Shown piece after piece: positions 20,394 to 30,177 of a DNA stretch of 64,000 nt. Made by a program: the position numbers and the translations under genes. Below the pieces are notes generated by a model. That model had not been told where the DNA came from, made no database searches, and worked only from the letters and a program-made list of their open reading frames with translations. Numbering within the stretch: the first letter of the stretch is position 1; the number at the start of each line of letters is the position of its first letter. The stretch is from Balneolaceae bacterium (GTDB lineage Bacteria; Bacteroidota; Rhodothermia; Balneolales; Balneolaceae): assembly GCA_040877875.1 (NCBI GenBank), contig JBBDNC010000115.1, forward strand, positions 14,103-78,102, given 5' to 3'.

Positions 20394-21707
20394 ATGAATT
20401 CAATAGTTTCTATAGTCGGAAGACCCAATGTTGGAAAGTCAACACTCTTTAATCGAATGGTGGGAAGCAGAGATGCGATTGTCCATGATGAATTTGGCGT
20501 CACGCGAGATCGCCATTATGGTGAGACGTTCTGGAACGGCCTCAACTTTACGGTGATTGATACGGGGGGGTATTTACCGGATGAGATGGATGTTATCTAC
20601 CAGGGAGTACGTGAGCAGGCCAATATTGCCATGGAAGAGTCAGACCTTATCTTGTTTGTAGTCGATACGGCAGACGGCGTAAATCCGCTTGATGAATCCG
20701 TTGCTCAGATTCTTCGGGAGCAAGAAAAACCGGTGTTACTGGTTGTCAACAAGGCGGACAATGAGCACCGTATGATGTCCTCTGTAGAGTTTTATTCTCT
20801 TGGATTTGATGAACTTTACCCGGTTTCAGCAATCAGCGGAACAGGTACGGGAGAACTGATGGACAAGATAGTCGACCTGTTACCGGGTCAGGACAGGGCA
20901 GAGGAAGTAGAAAGGCAGGAACCGAAAATTGCTTTTGTAGGGCGTCCTAATGTCGGCAAAAGCAGCATGGTGAATGCACTTGTAAAAAGTGAGCGCTGTA
21001 TTGTAACGGAAATTCCGGGAACTACACGGGATGCAATCGATAGTGAGATACAGTATGAGGATGAAACCTATATACTTGTAGATACTGCCGGATTAAGAAA
21101 AAAAGCCAAGGTAAGGGGTAACATAGAGTTTTACAGCAATGTAAGGACAGACCGGGCACTTAGAGAGTGTGACGTTGCGATTGTGATTGTGGATGCCATG
21201 CAAGGATTCGAGGAACAGGATAAACGAATCATACGGGAAGCCGCGAGGCTGAACAAGGGAATCATCATCGTATTAAACAAGTGGGATACCGTACCGGAAA
21301 AAGAAACCAATTTGTTCAAAGAGTTTCAGGAGTACGTGTATGAGCGTATTCCTATGATGCGGTATATACCCATTATCTCTACGTCCGCATTAACCGGGCA
21401 ACGAGTGGACAGAATTCTTGAAACTGCCCGGCAAGTGATCCTGGAACGTAAGAAAAAAATAAGTACGCCGGATCTGAACGATTATCTTGCAAAATTTATT
21501 CAGGAACGTCCATTGCCCATGAAAAGGGGGAAAAAGCTTAAAATACAATACGCGACACAAGTTAAAAGCAGTCCTCCTGTTTTTAAATTCTTTATGAATA
21601 ATCCTGAAGAATTGCCCCCGAATTATCGTCGGTTTATTGAAAAGAAGTTACGGGATCAATATCAATTTACCGGCGTGCCGATTACAATGGTATTTCGTCA
21701 AAAGTAG
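20394..21707 (+). CDS. der: Ribosome-associated GTPase Der (EngA)
   Basis: Two tandem G domains (GRPNVGKST and GRPNVGKSS, DTGG/DTAG, NKAD/NKWD) and a KH-like C-terminus. ATG at 20394. Confidence 0.95.
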   Translation: MNSIVSIVGRPNVGKSTLFNRMVGSRDAIVHDEFGVTRDRHYGETFWNGLNFTVIDTGGYLPDEMDVIYQGVREQANIAMEESDLILFVVDTADGVNPLDESVAQILREQEKPVLLVVNKADNEHRMMSSVEFYSLGFDELYPVSAISGTGTGELMDKIVDLLPGQDRAEEVERQEPKIAFVGRPNVGKSSMVNALVKSERCIVTEIPGTTRDAIDSEIQYEDETYILVDTAGLRKKAKVRGNIEFYSNVRTDRALRECDVAIVIVDAMQGFEEQDKRIIREAARLNKGIIIVLNKWDTVPEKETNLFKEFQEYVYERIPMMRYIPIISTSALTGQRVDRILETARQVILERKKKISTPDLNDYLAKFIQERPLPMKRGKKLKIQYATQVKSSPPVFKFFMNNPEELPPNYRRFIEKKLRDQYQFTGVPITMVFRQK

Positions 21708-21844
21708 GGGTTAATCGGATCAAAATAAGGTTTTAATATTTCGGAAAAAGGGGTAATCTGAATTTTACCTTTGAACCGTAGTCTTTAAACGTTTATTTTC
21801 AAAAATTAAAGTAAATAACATCTACAATATTTTTACTTTTAGCC

Positions 21845-22531
21845 ATGCAAGATAATCTCGAAAAGCCTGTTTTAAATTCACTGAATAAAGATTATAAACG
21901 AGAACGAAAACTCTCATTTTTAGAAAAATTGTATCTACCGGAGATCATCAAGGCTCTCTGGTATACCCTTAAAAGAATTTTTACACCCAAATTTACTATG
22001 CAGTACCCGGAAGAGAAATGGGATCCTCCTGCAATCTTTCGGGGAAGGCCGGTACTCGTTGAAGATGACGGACAGGAGAGATGTGTGGCATGCGGGTTAT
22101 GCGCGAGAGCTTGTCCACCTCTGGCTATCAGTATGCAGGCCAATGAGAATTCCGATGATCCCAAAGAACGATATCCTGACTTCTTTGAGATTAACATGTT
22201 GCGATGCATTTACTGTGGGTATTGTGAAGAAGTTTGTCCTGAAGAGGCTATTGTGATGAGTAAGGATTATGATATTGTATTTGAATCACGCGAAGACGCC
22301 GTATATGATAAAGAACGTCTAATGGTCCCCAAAGAAGATCTGAAGGAACGTCTGGATTTCTTGCATGAATACAAAAACAGGCAGTTCGGGCAGTTCTGGG
22401 ATTTTCAGGAAGAAAATAACATCCACTCTGTGCGGGACAGGGATCAGGACTGGAATACAGGATTATCTCTTGTAGACATGCTTGAACAGCAAAAAAAGAA
22501 TGACGCAACAAAAGCTGCGTCAACCTGGTAA
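21845..22531 (+). CDS. nuoI: NADH-quinone oxidoreductase subunit I-like 2x[4Fe-4S] ferredoxin
   Basis: TMQYPEEK, then [12 protein letters not shown] and [12 protein letters not shown]. About 60 extra C-terminal residues. No other nuo genes in the window. Confidence 0.75.
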   Translation: MQDNLEKPVLNSLNKDYKRERKLSFLEKLYLPEIIKALWYTLKRIFTPKFTMQYPEEKWDPPAIFRGRPVLVEDDGQERCVACGLCARACPPLAISMQANENSDDPKERYPDFFEINMLRCIYCGYCEEVCPEEAIVMSKDYDIVFESREDAVYDKERLMVPKEDLKERLDFLHEYKNRQFGQFWDFQEENNIHSVRDRDQDWNTGLSLVDMLEQQKKNDATKAASTW

Positions 22532-22589
22532 AAGACCTATCTAACTGCCAGTGATTATTACATAGATCCTTGAATGAATTTGGAAGTAT

Positions 22590-23135
22590 ATGCCCGAGCG
22601 GGAGCTTACACAAGAACAGTTTGAGCAGATCATCGAAGATGCCACCTATCTTCAGGACGAAGCTGAAGCTCTCCGGTATGTCATTGACACGATTCCATAC
22701 GACCAAGCACCCCCGGAAGGCCAATCCATCGTTGAAAAACTTTTGTTTTTAGACCATTTACAGATCAACTATTTTCGTCCGGTTTACGATCAGGTATTAA
22801 AAAATCAGAGAAGCATTCACACGAAGACCCATAGCTATTTTGAAGAGTCGTTTCAAATAGATGAGAATAAAGCTTCTAATATTCTTAAGGTTTTAAGTAA
22901 ACTGGCAAAACACAGGGCAGCTTTAATCAATGTGCTTAATAAAATACCTTTAATTGATTGGGATAGAGTTATTTATAAAAATAACAGAGAGATTACATTA
23001 GCTGATTTTACGAGGGAGATGATTCGTTCAGATCGAAAAATACTCAAAGAAATTGCCGATTTGGTCATGATATTTCAAAGTGAAATGGAAAATCAACGGA
23101 AAATCAAATCCCGGCAGAAAAATCAACCCGAATAA
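22590..23135 (+). CDS. Hypothetical protein (helical, possibly a DinB-like four-helix bundle)
   Basis: 181 aa with an ATG start. PPEGQSIVEKLLFLDHL resembles the first DinB helix. This is weak. Confidence 0.45.
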   Translation: MPERELTQEQFEQIIEDATYLQDEAEALRYVIDTIPYDQAPPEGQSIVEKLLFLDHLQINYFRPVYDQVLKNQRSIHTKTHSYFEESFQIDENKASNILKVLSKLAKHRAALINVLNKIPLIDWDRVIYKNNREITLADFTREMIRSDRKILKEIADLVMIFQSEMENQRKIKSRQKNQPE

Positions 23136-23146
23136 CAGGTTCCATT

Positions 23147-23770
23147 GTGAGGAGTTCAATATTTGTCATTATTTCCTGTTATGTTTCATTAGTTATTGTT
23201 TTACTCAGGCTCAATCGCAGCCCGGTACAAATTAAAATTCTTTTAGGGGCTGCATTGATTACAAGCTCGTTCAGTTTGGGTTTGCCTCTGATCATTTCGG
23301 ATTTATCGGGAGAGTTGACGAAATGGAACAGAATCCTGTCCATTACATTCACTCTGACAATCCTTTCTTTTCTTATACGTCAATTCAAGCCTGTCTATAC
23401 ACGCTACCCAGCCGTTTTTATTTATTTACCATTTCTGATCGTCCTTGTTTATCCTTTTATCAATGAGGCGCTGGTGATCGACAATATGCTGAATATACTT
23501 CTTCAGGGGGGAGCCTTGTTGATCATAATAATTTTGCTGCTATCAATGAAGCGACAGGTCCCAAAAGCATCTGTTTTCATTGCCGGAATTTTACTCATGT
23601 TCATTTCTTATGTTATTTATTGGTTTGTACCGGATTTAAACGAACATTTTCCCTCGATATGGAAGTTATGTTTTGGATCGGGCATACTGCTCATTGGATT
23701 TAGAATATCCGAAGTCATTTATTACGCCGGAGCCGGAATGAATCGTCAGGAGTCTAAAGGTGTTAGATAA
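23147..23770 (+). CDS. Polytopic membrane protein, unknown function
   Basis: 207 aa, 6-7 hydrophobic helices. GTG start 12 nt after the preceding gene. Confidence 0.5.
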   Translation: MRSSIFVIISCYVSLVIVLLRLNRSPVQIKILLGAALITSSFSLGLPLIISDLSGELTKWNRILSITFTLTILSFLIRQFKPVYTRYPAVFIYLPFLIVLVYPFINEALVIDNMLNILLQGGALLIIIILLLSMKRQVPKASVFIAGILLMFISYVIYWFVPDLNEHFPSIWKLCFGSGILLIGFRISEVIYYAGAGMNRQESKGVR

Positions 23771-24165
23771 AATTTATGAGGCAATACAAGGCTTGAGGCA
23801 GGTTGCCCGCTATTTCAACTCAAATAGGGGTAAGTTTATTAATATTGAACGAGCTATGCTGAGTCTTATGACAGGATTAAAGTGGTCGGAACGAGCAATA
23901 GAACCCAATCCTTATTTTCCATCGGTAAATTGTCCGAATGCCTTTCAGGCATTATAACGGGGTGGGGGGTTCTTTGATGCTGTACCGACTCAGAAATTTA
24001 AAAAAGAAATAAGTGTAATCTATTGTTAACTTTACATAATATATATTATACGCCTTTAATTTATGTCTTTTTTGCCTTCAAGAGGTTGGATCGATAAAGA
24101 TAATCAAGGTTTTCGAAGGCTGATACCGTCTCATTCGTGATTTTGAACGCAGCGGCGGTATTTAT

Positions 24166-25047
24166 TTAAACATCACAAACATTAACCCCGTGTCTCAAAG
24201 CTTGCAGTGGATCGTCCCACGTAGGGATAAATTCCTGCCCGACAAATCCTTCATAACCGGTCTCGACAATGGCTTCCATGATAGCAGGATAATAGAGTTC
24301 CTGGGTTTCATCCAGCTCATTTCTGCCCGGAACTCCTCCGGTGTGGTAATGGGCAATATATTCATGATAATCACGGATCGTCCGGATCACATCTCCTTCC
24401 ATGATCTGCATGTGATAGATATCATATAATAATTTAAAATTATCTGAACCTACCCTGTCACATAACTCAACTCCCCATAAGGTATGGTCACACTGATAAT
24501 CCGGATGGTTTACTTTACTGTTCAGTAATTCCATGCATACAGTAACATTATGCTGTTCAGCCGTTTGCATCAATCTCTTAATCCCTATTTCACAATTTTT
24601 GAGCCCGGTTTCATCATCCATTCCATTACGGTTCCCCGAAAAACAGATAATCTTATCCAGCCCGGCTTCGGCAACCATCGGAATGACCCTGTTGAAATCA
24701 TCCACAAGCTCATCATGCAAGTCCGGATTATTAAAACCTTCTTCGATTCCCTTACCGGCTCCCCATGGCATCGCACAAGTCAGTCCATATTTTTCCAAAA
24801 TCGGCCACTCTTCAGGCCCCTGCAATTCAATCGATTCAAGTCCTATTTCATTTGCAGCCTGGCACATTTTTTCCAGGGGTATATCGCCATACGGCCATTT
24901 ACAAACCGAATGCCGGATCCGTCCTTTCAGATTGTTTTTTGTAAGCAGTCGATCTGCTTTTTCAAATGGATTTGCCAGGCCTAAAAATGTAGCGGTTCCA
25001 GCAAAAGCTCCTAGTTTATGGATAGCATTTCGTCGTGAAATTTTCAT
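24166..25047 (-). CDS. Tat-exported xylose-isomerase-like TIM-barrel enzyme (hydroxypyruvate isomerase / sugar phosphate isomerase-epimerase family)
   Basis: Twin-arginine signal MKISRRNAIHKLGAFAGTATFLGLA. TIM-barrel family features (LESIELQ, VCMELLN, HYHTGGVPGR, GQEF). Confidence 0.75.
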   Translation of the reverse strand: MKISRRNAIHKLGAFAGTATFLGLANPFEKADRLLTKNNLKGRIRHSVCKWPYGDIPLEKMCQAANEIGLESIELQGPEEWPILEKYGLTCAMPWGAGKGIEEGFNNPDLHDELVDDFNRVIPMVAEAGLDKIICFSGNRNGMDDETGLKNCEIGIKRLMQTAEQHNVTVCMELLNSKVNHPDYQCDHTLWGVELCDRVGSDNFKLLYDIYHMQIMEGDVIRTIRDYHEYIAHYHTGGVPGRNELDETQELYYPAIMEAIVETGYEGFVGQEFIPTWDDPLQALRHGVNVCDV

Positions 25048-25158
25048 TTATTTATGGTTTAATGTAATGTTCGGTTATGGATATTCCTTTAAAATTTAAT
25101 CCTTTATCCAGTGTCTCTTCACTAAGCGATAAAAAAGTATTCAGGTATTTGGGTTCTG

Positions 25159-28100
25159 TCAGTTTTGCAATGTTGCAAGATACTCAACCAAATCTATAAG
25201 TTCCTGTTCAGACAAACTTCCCCGCATATCTGGCATAAGAGACTGTTCCAATTGCTGCCTGGATTCGATTTCTGCAGTTTCATACCGGTTTGTCATTCCT
25301 CCGGGGACCCTTAGGACCAGCTCGGTTTCGGTTTCACTTTCAATGATACCCGTAATTTGAGAACCCTCCTCAAGTGTAAGAATATACCCTTCAAAGCCAA
25401 AATTTATTCCTGCATTGGGTTCAAGAATTGCGTTATAAAGTCCTTCTTTGGGAAGTTTATCTCCTATTTCCGACAGCTCAGGCCCAAAATTTACACCCTG
25501 TCCGTCAACCTGATGACAAATCTGACACAATTGTTGATAAACCTGGCGCCCGTTTTGAATATCTCCGTTATGTTGGATCAGTTCGGAAACCGGCCTGAAT
25601 TCTTCTGTTTCTCCGCTTGACTCTGCTATCTGTAAATACTCTGCAGCAGATTCACGAATACTGCCACGATAGGCCTGCATCAATACATTGGCCGCACTTG
25701 TTTCAAGTTCCGGGGGTATTTCACCGTTTCGGACCATATCCAGAAGCCAGTCTTCAGCACTCCAGCTGCCTGAACCAAAAGCTTCTACAGCCAGCCGCCG
25801 GATTTCAAAATCACGGTTGTTGTCAGTGATCACAGACTGCAAAAACGATAGGGACTGTTCATTTCCGATCGGACTTAATGCCCGCATTGCACGCTCTGCC
25901 TTAACCGGGTCATCACGGTTCAATACCTCTGATAGCATCTCACTCCCCCCCGATTCAAGCATATAACGGGCAGCATTGACCCCCAGACTGCTGTCGGGAT
26001 AAGAAAGAACAAGGTTCGTCAATTCCTGATTTCGGTTTTGAATTCCAAAATGTTCCACCAAATCCAGGAATTCATAAGTTCCTTTCACCCGTTCGAGAGT
26101 TTGGTCAAGGGTCTGCCGTACTTCCTGAAATGAATTGAGTGCGGACGGGTCGATTTGGTGCAATGCCCAGGATGAAATCTGTTGCTGGCCCGCATGATCC
26201 CCATTCATAAGGCTGACAAGGACCCGTTGTTTTTCAGAACCGCTATGAAAGTCAAATGCCCTGAAATATTTCGGTTTGTCCTGAATATCGACAGAGGAAT
26301 CCCGGATAATTTCAGCAAGCATGGGGAGTGCCCGATCTGTTCTTGCACGCCATACAAGGTCCCTGCCCGCCTTGTCGTTCCAGTCCTCCCCCCTGCTTTC
26401 CAGCCAGGCTTGAAAATATCGATCCCACTGCCTGTCTGCTCCTATTCCCAATGCTTCAAGATACCAGCGGTCTTCTCCGTCGTGTTGGTTGGCCAGTTCA
26501 GCCCAAAGCCGGGAGGATGATTCAGACGAATTGTGGCGTAAGGCAATGGCTACCTCACGACGTACTTGTGGGGAAGGGTCCTTTACAAGTTGTTCTAAGA
26601 CCGGAATGATGTCCATATCCCGCTGACGGGCAGCTCTTATGGCGGTAATTCGAAGATCAGGGTTCTTATTTTCCAGGGCCTGGTTTATGTAATCGTCTCC
26701 ATTTTCATCGAGTTTTGACAACAGCCACAATGCACGAGCCTGATAACGGGGTGACTCGTCTGAATTCCATAAATCAATCAATACCTCCTCAGCATCCGAT
26801 CCCCATTCGTGTAACTGAAGCCATGCTTTTGAACGGATCGCATGATTGGGAGATTTCAGTGCTTTTACAGCCGACTCAGGCGTACTATAATCGACATCGG
26901 GTATGTGATAAGGAGTATTTTCAGGTGCAATCCTGTAGATGCGCCCCTTTTCGGAAGCCCGGACCTGGTGGCCTCCCACTCCCGGGTCATACCAATCCGC
27001 TACAAATATGGATCCGTCAGGAGCAACTGTGACATCAGAAGGCCGAAACCACTGGTTGTGAACACCGGTCATAATATTTTCAATCTCTGCATGGTAACCG
27101 GCACCCTCCGCAACTACGGGGTAAGATCTAACTACATTCGGACCCGCATCCGTGTGAATGACTTCATTATGGAAAATCTCCGGTAGTAAATTCCCTTCAT
27201 AAACCAGAATACCGGTTGGAGATCCCGCTCCGGTATCCAGCAGATTAGGGACAACTCCAGGATCATTTTGATGCCAGTGACGATTATGAATTTCTTCTTC
27301 CATGTTGATTCGGCGGTTTCGCCATCCGGCTCCGGTTCTTTCATCCGTATATCCGTAATTTCCATACTCCATTACATAGTTGATACGAACCGACCGGTTG
27401 CCATCATCATCGTTGTCCGATTGCCATAACGTACCATAGGAATCAATGGCTACTTCGTAGTTATTTCTGAAATTATGTGCCAGGACTTCAAATTCATTGC
27501 CATCCCGGTTAACGCGAAAAATCATCCCCTTTCGGTAGGGATTTCCGTCGGTGATGACTCTGTTTCCTGCCTGGTCAACGATCAATTCTCCTTCGGCATC
27601 ATGGATATACTGACCCTGATCTCCGGCATTAAAATAAAACTTGCCGTCCGGTCCCATCACAAATGCATGGACACCATGATCATGTTGTTCCCCCCCGATT
27701 CCCGAAAAAAGAATCTCCTTGGTATCTGCCTGATCATTTCCGGTTGTATCTGTAAAAATAAATACATGGGGACTACGCGAGACAATCACCTGATTTCCAA
27801 GTACCATAATTCCCAGAGCCGAATCGATTTCCCTGCCCTGGTAAAACACTTTTTCAGAATCAGCCTTTCCGTCTCCATTTGTATCTTCAAGAATTACAAT
27901 CCGGTCGCCTTCTTCTTTAACCGGCATTTGGGGGTTCAGGTCAGGACGGTAATTGACTCCTTCTGTGATCCAAACCCTCCCTCTTTCATCAATATCCATA
28001 TTGGTTGGATTTACAACCATCTCCTCAGACGCAAAAAGTTGGGCTTCAAGTCCGTCACGAAGTTCAATCCCCAGCAACGAATTTTCAGGTCGATGTCTTT

Positions 28101-28245
28101 CTTCTTCAGAAAGCTCGAGAAATGCCTGATCATTACCGGATTGACAGGCGAACCCGACAAAGAATACTACAAATAGCGGCAGAATCAATCGGGAGAGCAG
28201 TCTAAAACGAGGTGTGGCTAAAAGTAAAATAATTTTTGTATTCAT
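25159..28245 (-). CDS. PVC-type heme-binding CxxCH protein (membrane-bound dehydrogenase-like beta-propeller, HEAT repeats and C-terminal cytochrome c domain)
   Basis: 1028 aa. N-terminal signal/lipobox (VGFAC), DIDERGRVWITEG...GDRIVILEDTNGDGKADS, HEAT-like repeats (DPSPQVRREVAIALR), and a C-terminal CQICH heme-c site. Confidence 0.8.
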   Translation of the reverse strand: MNTKIILLLATPRFRLLSRLILPLFVVFFVGFACQSGNDQAFLELSEEERHRPENSLLGIELRDGLEAQLFASEEMVVNPTNMDIDERGRVWITEGVNYRPDLNPQMPVKEEGDRIVILEDTNGDGKADSEKVFYQGREIDSALGIMVLGNQVIVSRSPHVFIFTDTTGNDQADTKEILFSGIGGEQHDHGVHAFVMGPDGKFYFNAGDQGQYIHDAEGELIVDQAGNRVITDGNPYRKGMIFRVNRDGNEFEVLAHNFRNNYEVAIDSYGTLWQSDNDDDGNRSVRINYVMEYGNYGYTDERTGAGWRNRRINMEEEIHNRHWHQNDPGVVPNLLDTGAGSPTGILVYEGNLLPEIFHNEVIHTDAGPNVVRSYPVVAEGAGYHAEIENIMTGVHNQWFRPSDVTVAPDGSIFVADWYDPGVGGHQVRASEKGRIYRIAPENTPYHIPDVDYSTPESAVKALKSPNHAIRSKAWLQLHEWGSDAEEVLIDLWNSDESPRYQARALWLLSKLDENGDDYINQALENKNPDLRITAIRAARQRDMDIIPVLEQLVKDPSPQVRREVAIALRHNSSESSSRLWAELANQHDGEDRWYLEALGIGADRQWDRYFQAWLESRGEDWNDKAGRDLVWRARTDRALPMLAEIIRDSSVDIQDKPKYFRAFDFHSGSEKQRVLVSLMNGDHAGQQQISSWALHQIDPSALNSFQEVRQTLDQTLERVKGTYEFLDLVEHFGIQNRNQELTNLVLSYPDSSLGVNAARYMLESGGSEMLSEVLNRDDPVKAERAMRALSPIGNEQSLSFLQSVITDNNRDFEIRRLAVEAFGSGSWSAEDWLLDMVRNGEIPPELETSAANVLMQAYRGSIRESAAEYLQIAESSGETEEFRPVSELIQHNGDIQNGRQVYQQLCQICHQVDGQGVNFGPELSEIGDKLPKEGLYNAILEPNAGINFGFEGYILTLEEGSQITGIIESETETELVLRVPGGMTNRYETAEIESRQQLEQSLMPDMRGSLSEQELIDLVEYLATLQN

Positions 28246-28303
28246 AAGATAACAGATAAATCGCAGGTAAATGATTTGTTCTTAATAATTCAGCTTATTA
28301 TAC

Positions 28304-28338
28304 AAAAAAGCAGGGGATAAAATCGAAATCCCCTGCTT
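28304..28338 (-). terminator. Strong Rho-independent terminator downstream of susD (bidirectional form)
   Basis: AAGCAGGGGAT-9 nt loop-ATCCCCTGCTT is an 11-bp stem. It is flanked by an A-run on one side and a T-run on the other. Confidence 0.7.
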
Positions 28339-28383
28339 TTCTCTAATGGGCATTAACACATTTTTCCCGGGATGAGTACTCAG

Positions 28384-30159
28384 CTAATTATAACCGGGAT
28401 TTTGGACCAGATTTTCATTGCGTTGCATTTCATCTCTCCAAATAGGCAGAAAGTAAGCCTTGTCCTGCCACTGTCGTTCATCTACATCCCGCAGGTTATA
28501 TTCAAAGTCATAAGATCCGTCATCGTTAAGTCGTCCTATAATTTGAACTCCCTGTCCGTTTTCATACACTTCAGGGGCGATCATCCAGCGACGAACATCA
28601 AAAAACCTGTGTTCTTCGAATGCCAGTTCCACACGACGTTCATTCCGAACGCGATCCAGTAATTCCTGCCCGGATTCCGTAACCGGAACATCCGGCATAC
28701 CGGCACGAGTCCGAATTCGATTCAGCGCCCTCCTTGCATCCGCATCTTCACCGAGTTCGACGGATGCTTCAGCATAATTCAGGAGAATTTCTGCAAATCG
28801 CATATAAACCCAGGGTTTCTCCTGCATGTTAAACTGGTGGTTGACATTAATATCGAGGAATTTACGGGTATAGTATCCTGTGTAGGTTCCATTCCAATCC
28901 TCAATCGGACCGCCACGGGTATCGAGGCCGGGTCTCAGATCTTCCCGACCTTCTACTTCGAAATTAGCAGTTTCGACGATTCCTTCCGGATCAAGGTCAA
29001 ATACATCCGAGGGTCTTTCTCTCCATTTAGCTCCATTATAGAAAATGGATGCGTAAAATCGTGGGTCCCGGTTTTCATAGGGATTTGCAGCATGCTCTGG
29101 ATTGTTCCAGTCAAACTTGGATCCGTCCGCCATTTCATAGGCATCAACGTGTTGCTGTAAAGGGACATCCCCTCCCCAGTTATGCCATCCGTTGGGGCCG
29201 CTGTACAACCCGATATTCCCTTCGAACCAGCTCCAACTGTATTCGGCTGACATGTGGCGCACAAGGATATTTTCGTTATGTCCATCGACAAGAAAAATAT
29301 CCGCATAATTTTTCGCGGCTGAGTCGCCCGGGGCGGGATTCGCCTCATACAATTCGTACACGCCCAGGTTCATAACTTCCTGGGCAGCATTCTTGGCGGC
29401 TCTCCATCGGGCTTGCTGATCGCCACCCATGTACCCTGTTTCAGGCATACTGCCGATATTTTCATGATACAAGTCACTCGCTGCGAAAAGCAGGGTGCGA
29501 GATTTTAACGCAAGAGCTGCCCCTTTGGTTGCACGTCCGTCGTTATCCTGTACAACCGGTAAAAGCTGAGCTGCCTGATCCACGTCACTGACGATCAAAT
29601 CAATCGTATCTTCAAAAGAACCTCTTGATACCAAAAAATCATCATCCAGGTCAAACGACCGGGTGATAAGAGGAACCCCTCCGTGAAGTTTCATCAGATT
29701 ATGATAAAAATAGGCTCTTAGAAAAAGGGCTTCCCCCTTTAATCTGTCTTTCAGAGCTTGTCCCATCTCCACCTCACCAATATTTTCCAGAAAGATATTG
29801 GTGTCCCGAATTTTGCTGTATAATTCATCCCATCTGTAATGAGGGAACCAGTTCGCCCAGCTTCGGAAAAAGCCGATGTTATCCGGCGTCAGGATAGACT
29901 GCCGCACCGGCCCGTCATCCCAACCGTGGACGTGCTTGGCTTCATCCACGCCGGAATTGATTCGCAATGCAAGGTATCCATGCCCTAACCCCTGATACAC
30001 GTCGTTGATATAGGCTTCGACCAATGCAGGGTCATTCCATACATCCTCCTGGGACATCTCGTCCAAAGGCTGCTTGGTCAACACGGAGTGATCACACGCA
30101 GCGAAGAGGATCGTCGTACAAGTTACTAATGTGAGTATATTTAATAAGTTCTTCATCAT
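28384..30159 (-). CDS. SusD/RagB-family outer-membrane nutrient-binding lipoprotein
   Basis: Lipobox LFAAC, TPR-like SusD core, C-terminal NPGY. Immediately downstream of the SusC-like gene. Confidence 0.88.
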   Translation of the reverse strand: MMKNLLNILTLVTCTTILFAACDHSVLTKQPLDEMSQEDVWNDPALVEAYINDVYQGLGHGYLALRINSGVDEAKHVHGWDDGPVRQSILTPDNIGFFRSWANWFPHYRWDELYSKIRDTNIFLENIGEVEMGQALKDRLKGEALFLRAYFYHNLMKLHGGVPLITRSFDLDDDFLVSRGSFEDTIDLIVSDVDQAAQLLPVVQDNDGRATKGAALALKSRTLLFAASDLYHENIGSMPETGYMGGDQQARWRAAKNAAQEVMNLGVYELYEANPAPGDSAAKNYADIFLVDGHNENILVRHMSAEYSWSWFEGNIGLYSGPNGWHNWGGDVPLQQHVDAYEMADGSKFDWNNPEHAANPYENRDPRFYASIFYNGAKWRERPSDVFDLDPEGIVETANFEVEGREDLRPGLDTRGGPIEDWNGTYTGYYTRKFLDINVNHQFNMQEKPWVYMRFAEILLNYAEASVELGEDADARRALNRIRTRAGMPDVPVTESGQELLDRVRNERRVELAFEEHRFFDVRRWMIAPEVYENGQGVQIIGRLNDDGSYDFEYNLRDVDERQWQDKAYFLPIWRDEMQRNENLVQNPGYN

Positions 30160-30177
30160 TGGATTATTACCTTTTTC

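Noticed and set aside
23760-23957. 65-aa plus-strand ORF after the 207-aa membrane protein
   Set aside because: It is short, has a GTG start overlapping the previous gene by 11 nt, and has no recognisable features. It may be real, but I cannot support it.
24131-24160. Possible fourth, degenerate match to the 28-bp repeat arm (CTCATT...TTTTGAAC-GCAG)
   Set aside because: Only about 14 contiguous similar bases with an indel. This is too short to distinguish from chance without a statistical search.
24533-25099. 188-aa and 144-aa plus-strand ORFs
   Set aside because: They are antisense to the Tat-signal TIM-barrel gene, whose family motifs are clear.
27475-28176. 233-aa plus-strand ORF
   Set aside because: It is antisense to the 1028-aa CxxCH protein gene. 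It has no motifs and a Cys/Ile-rich junk-like composition.
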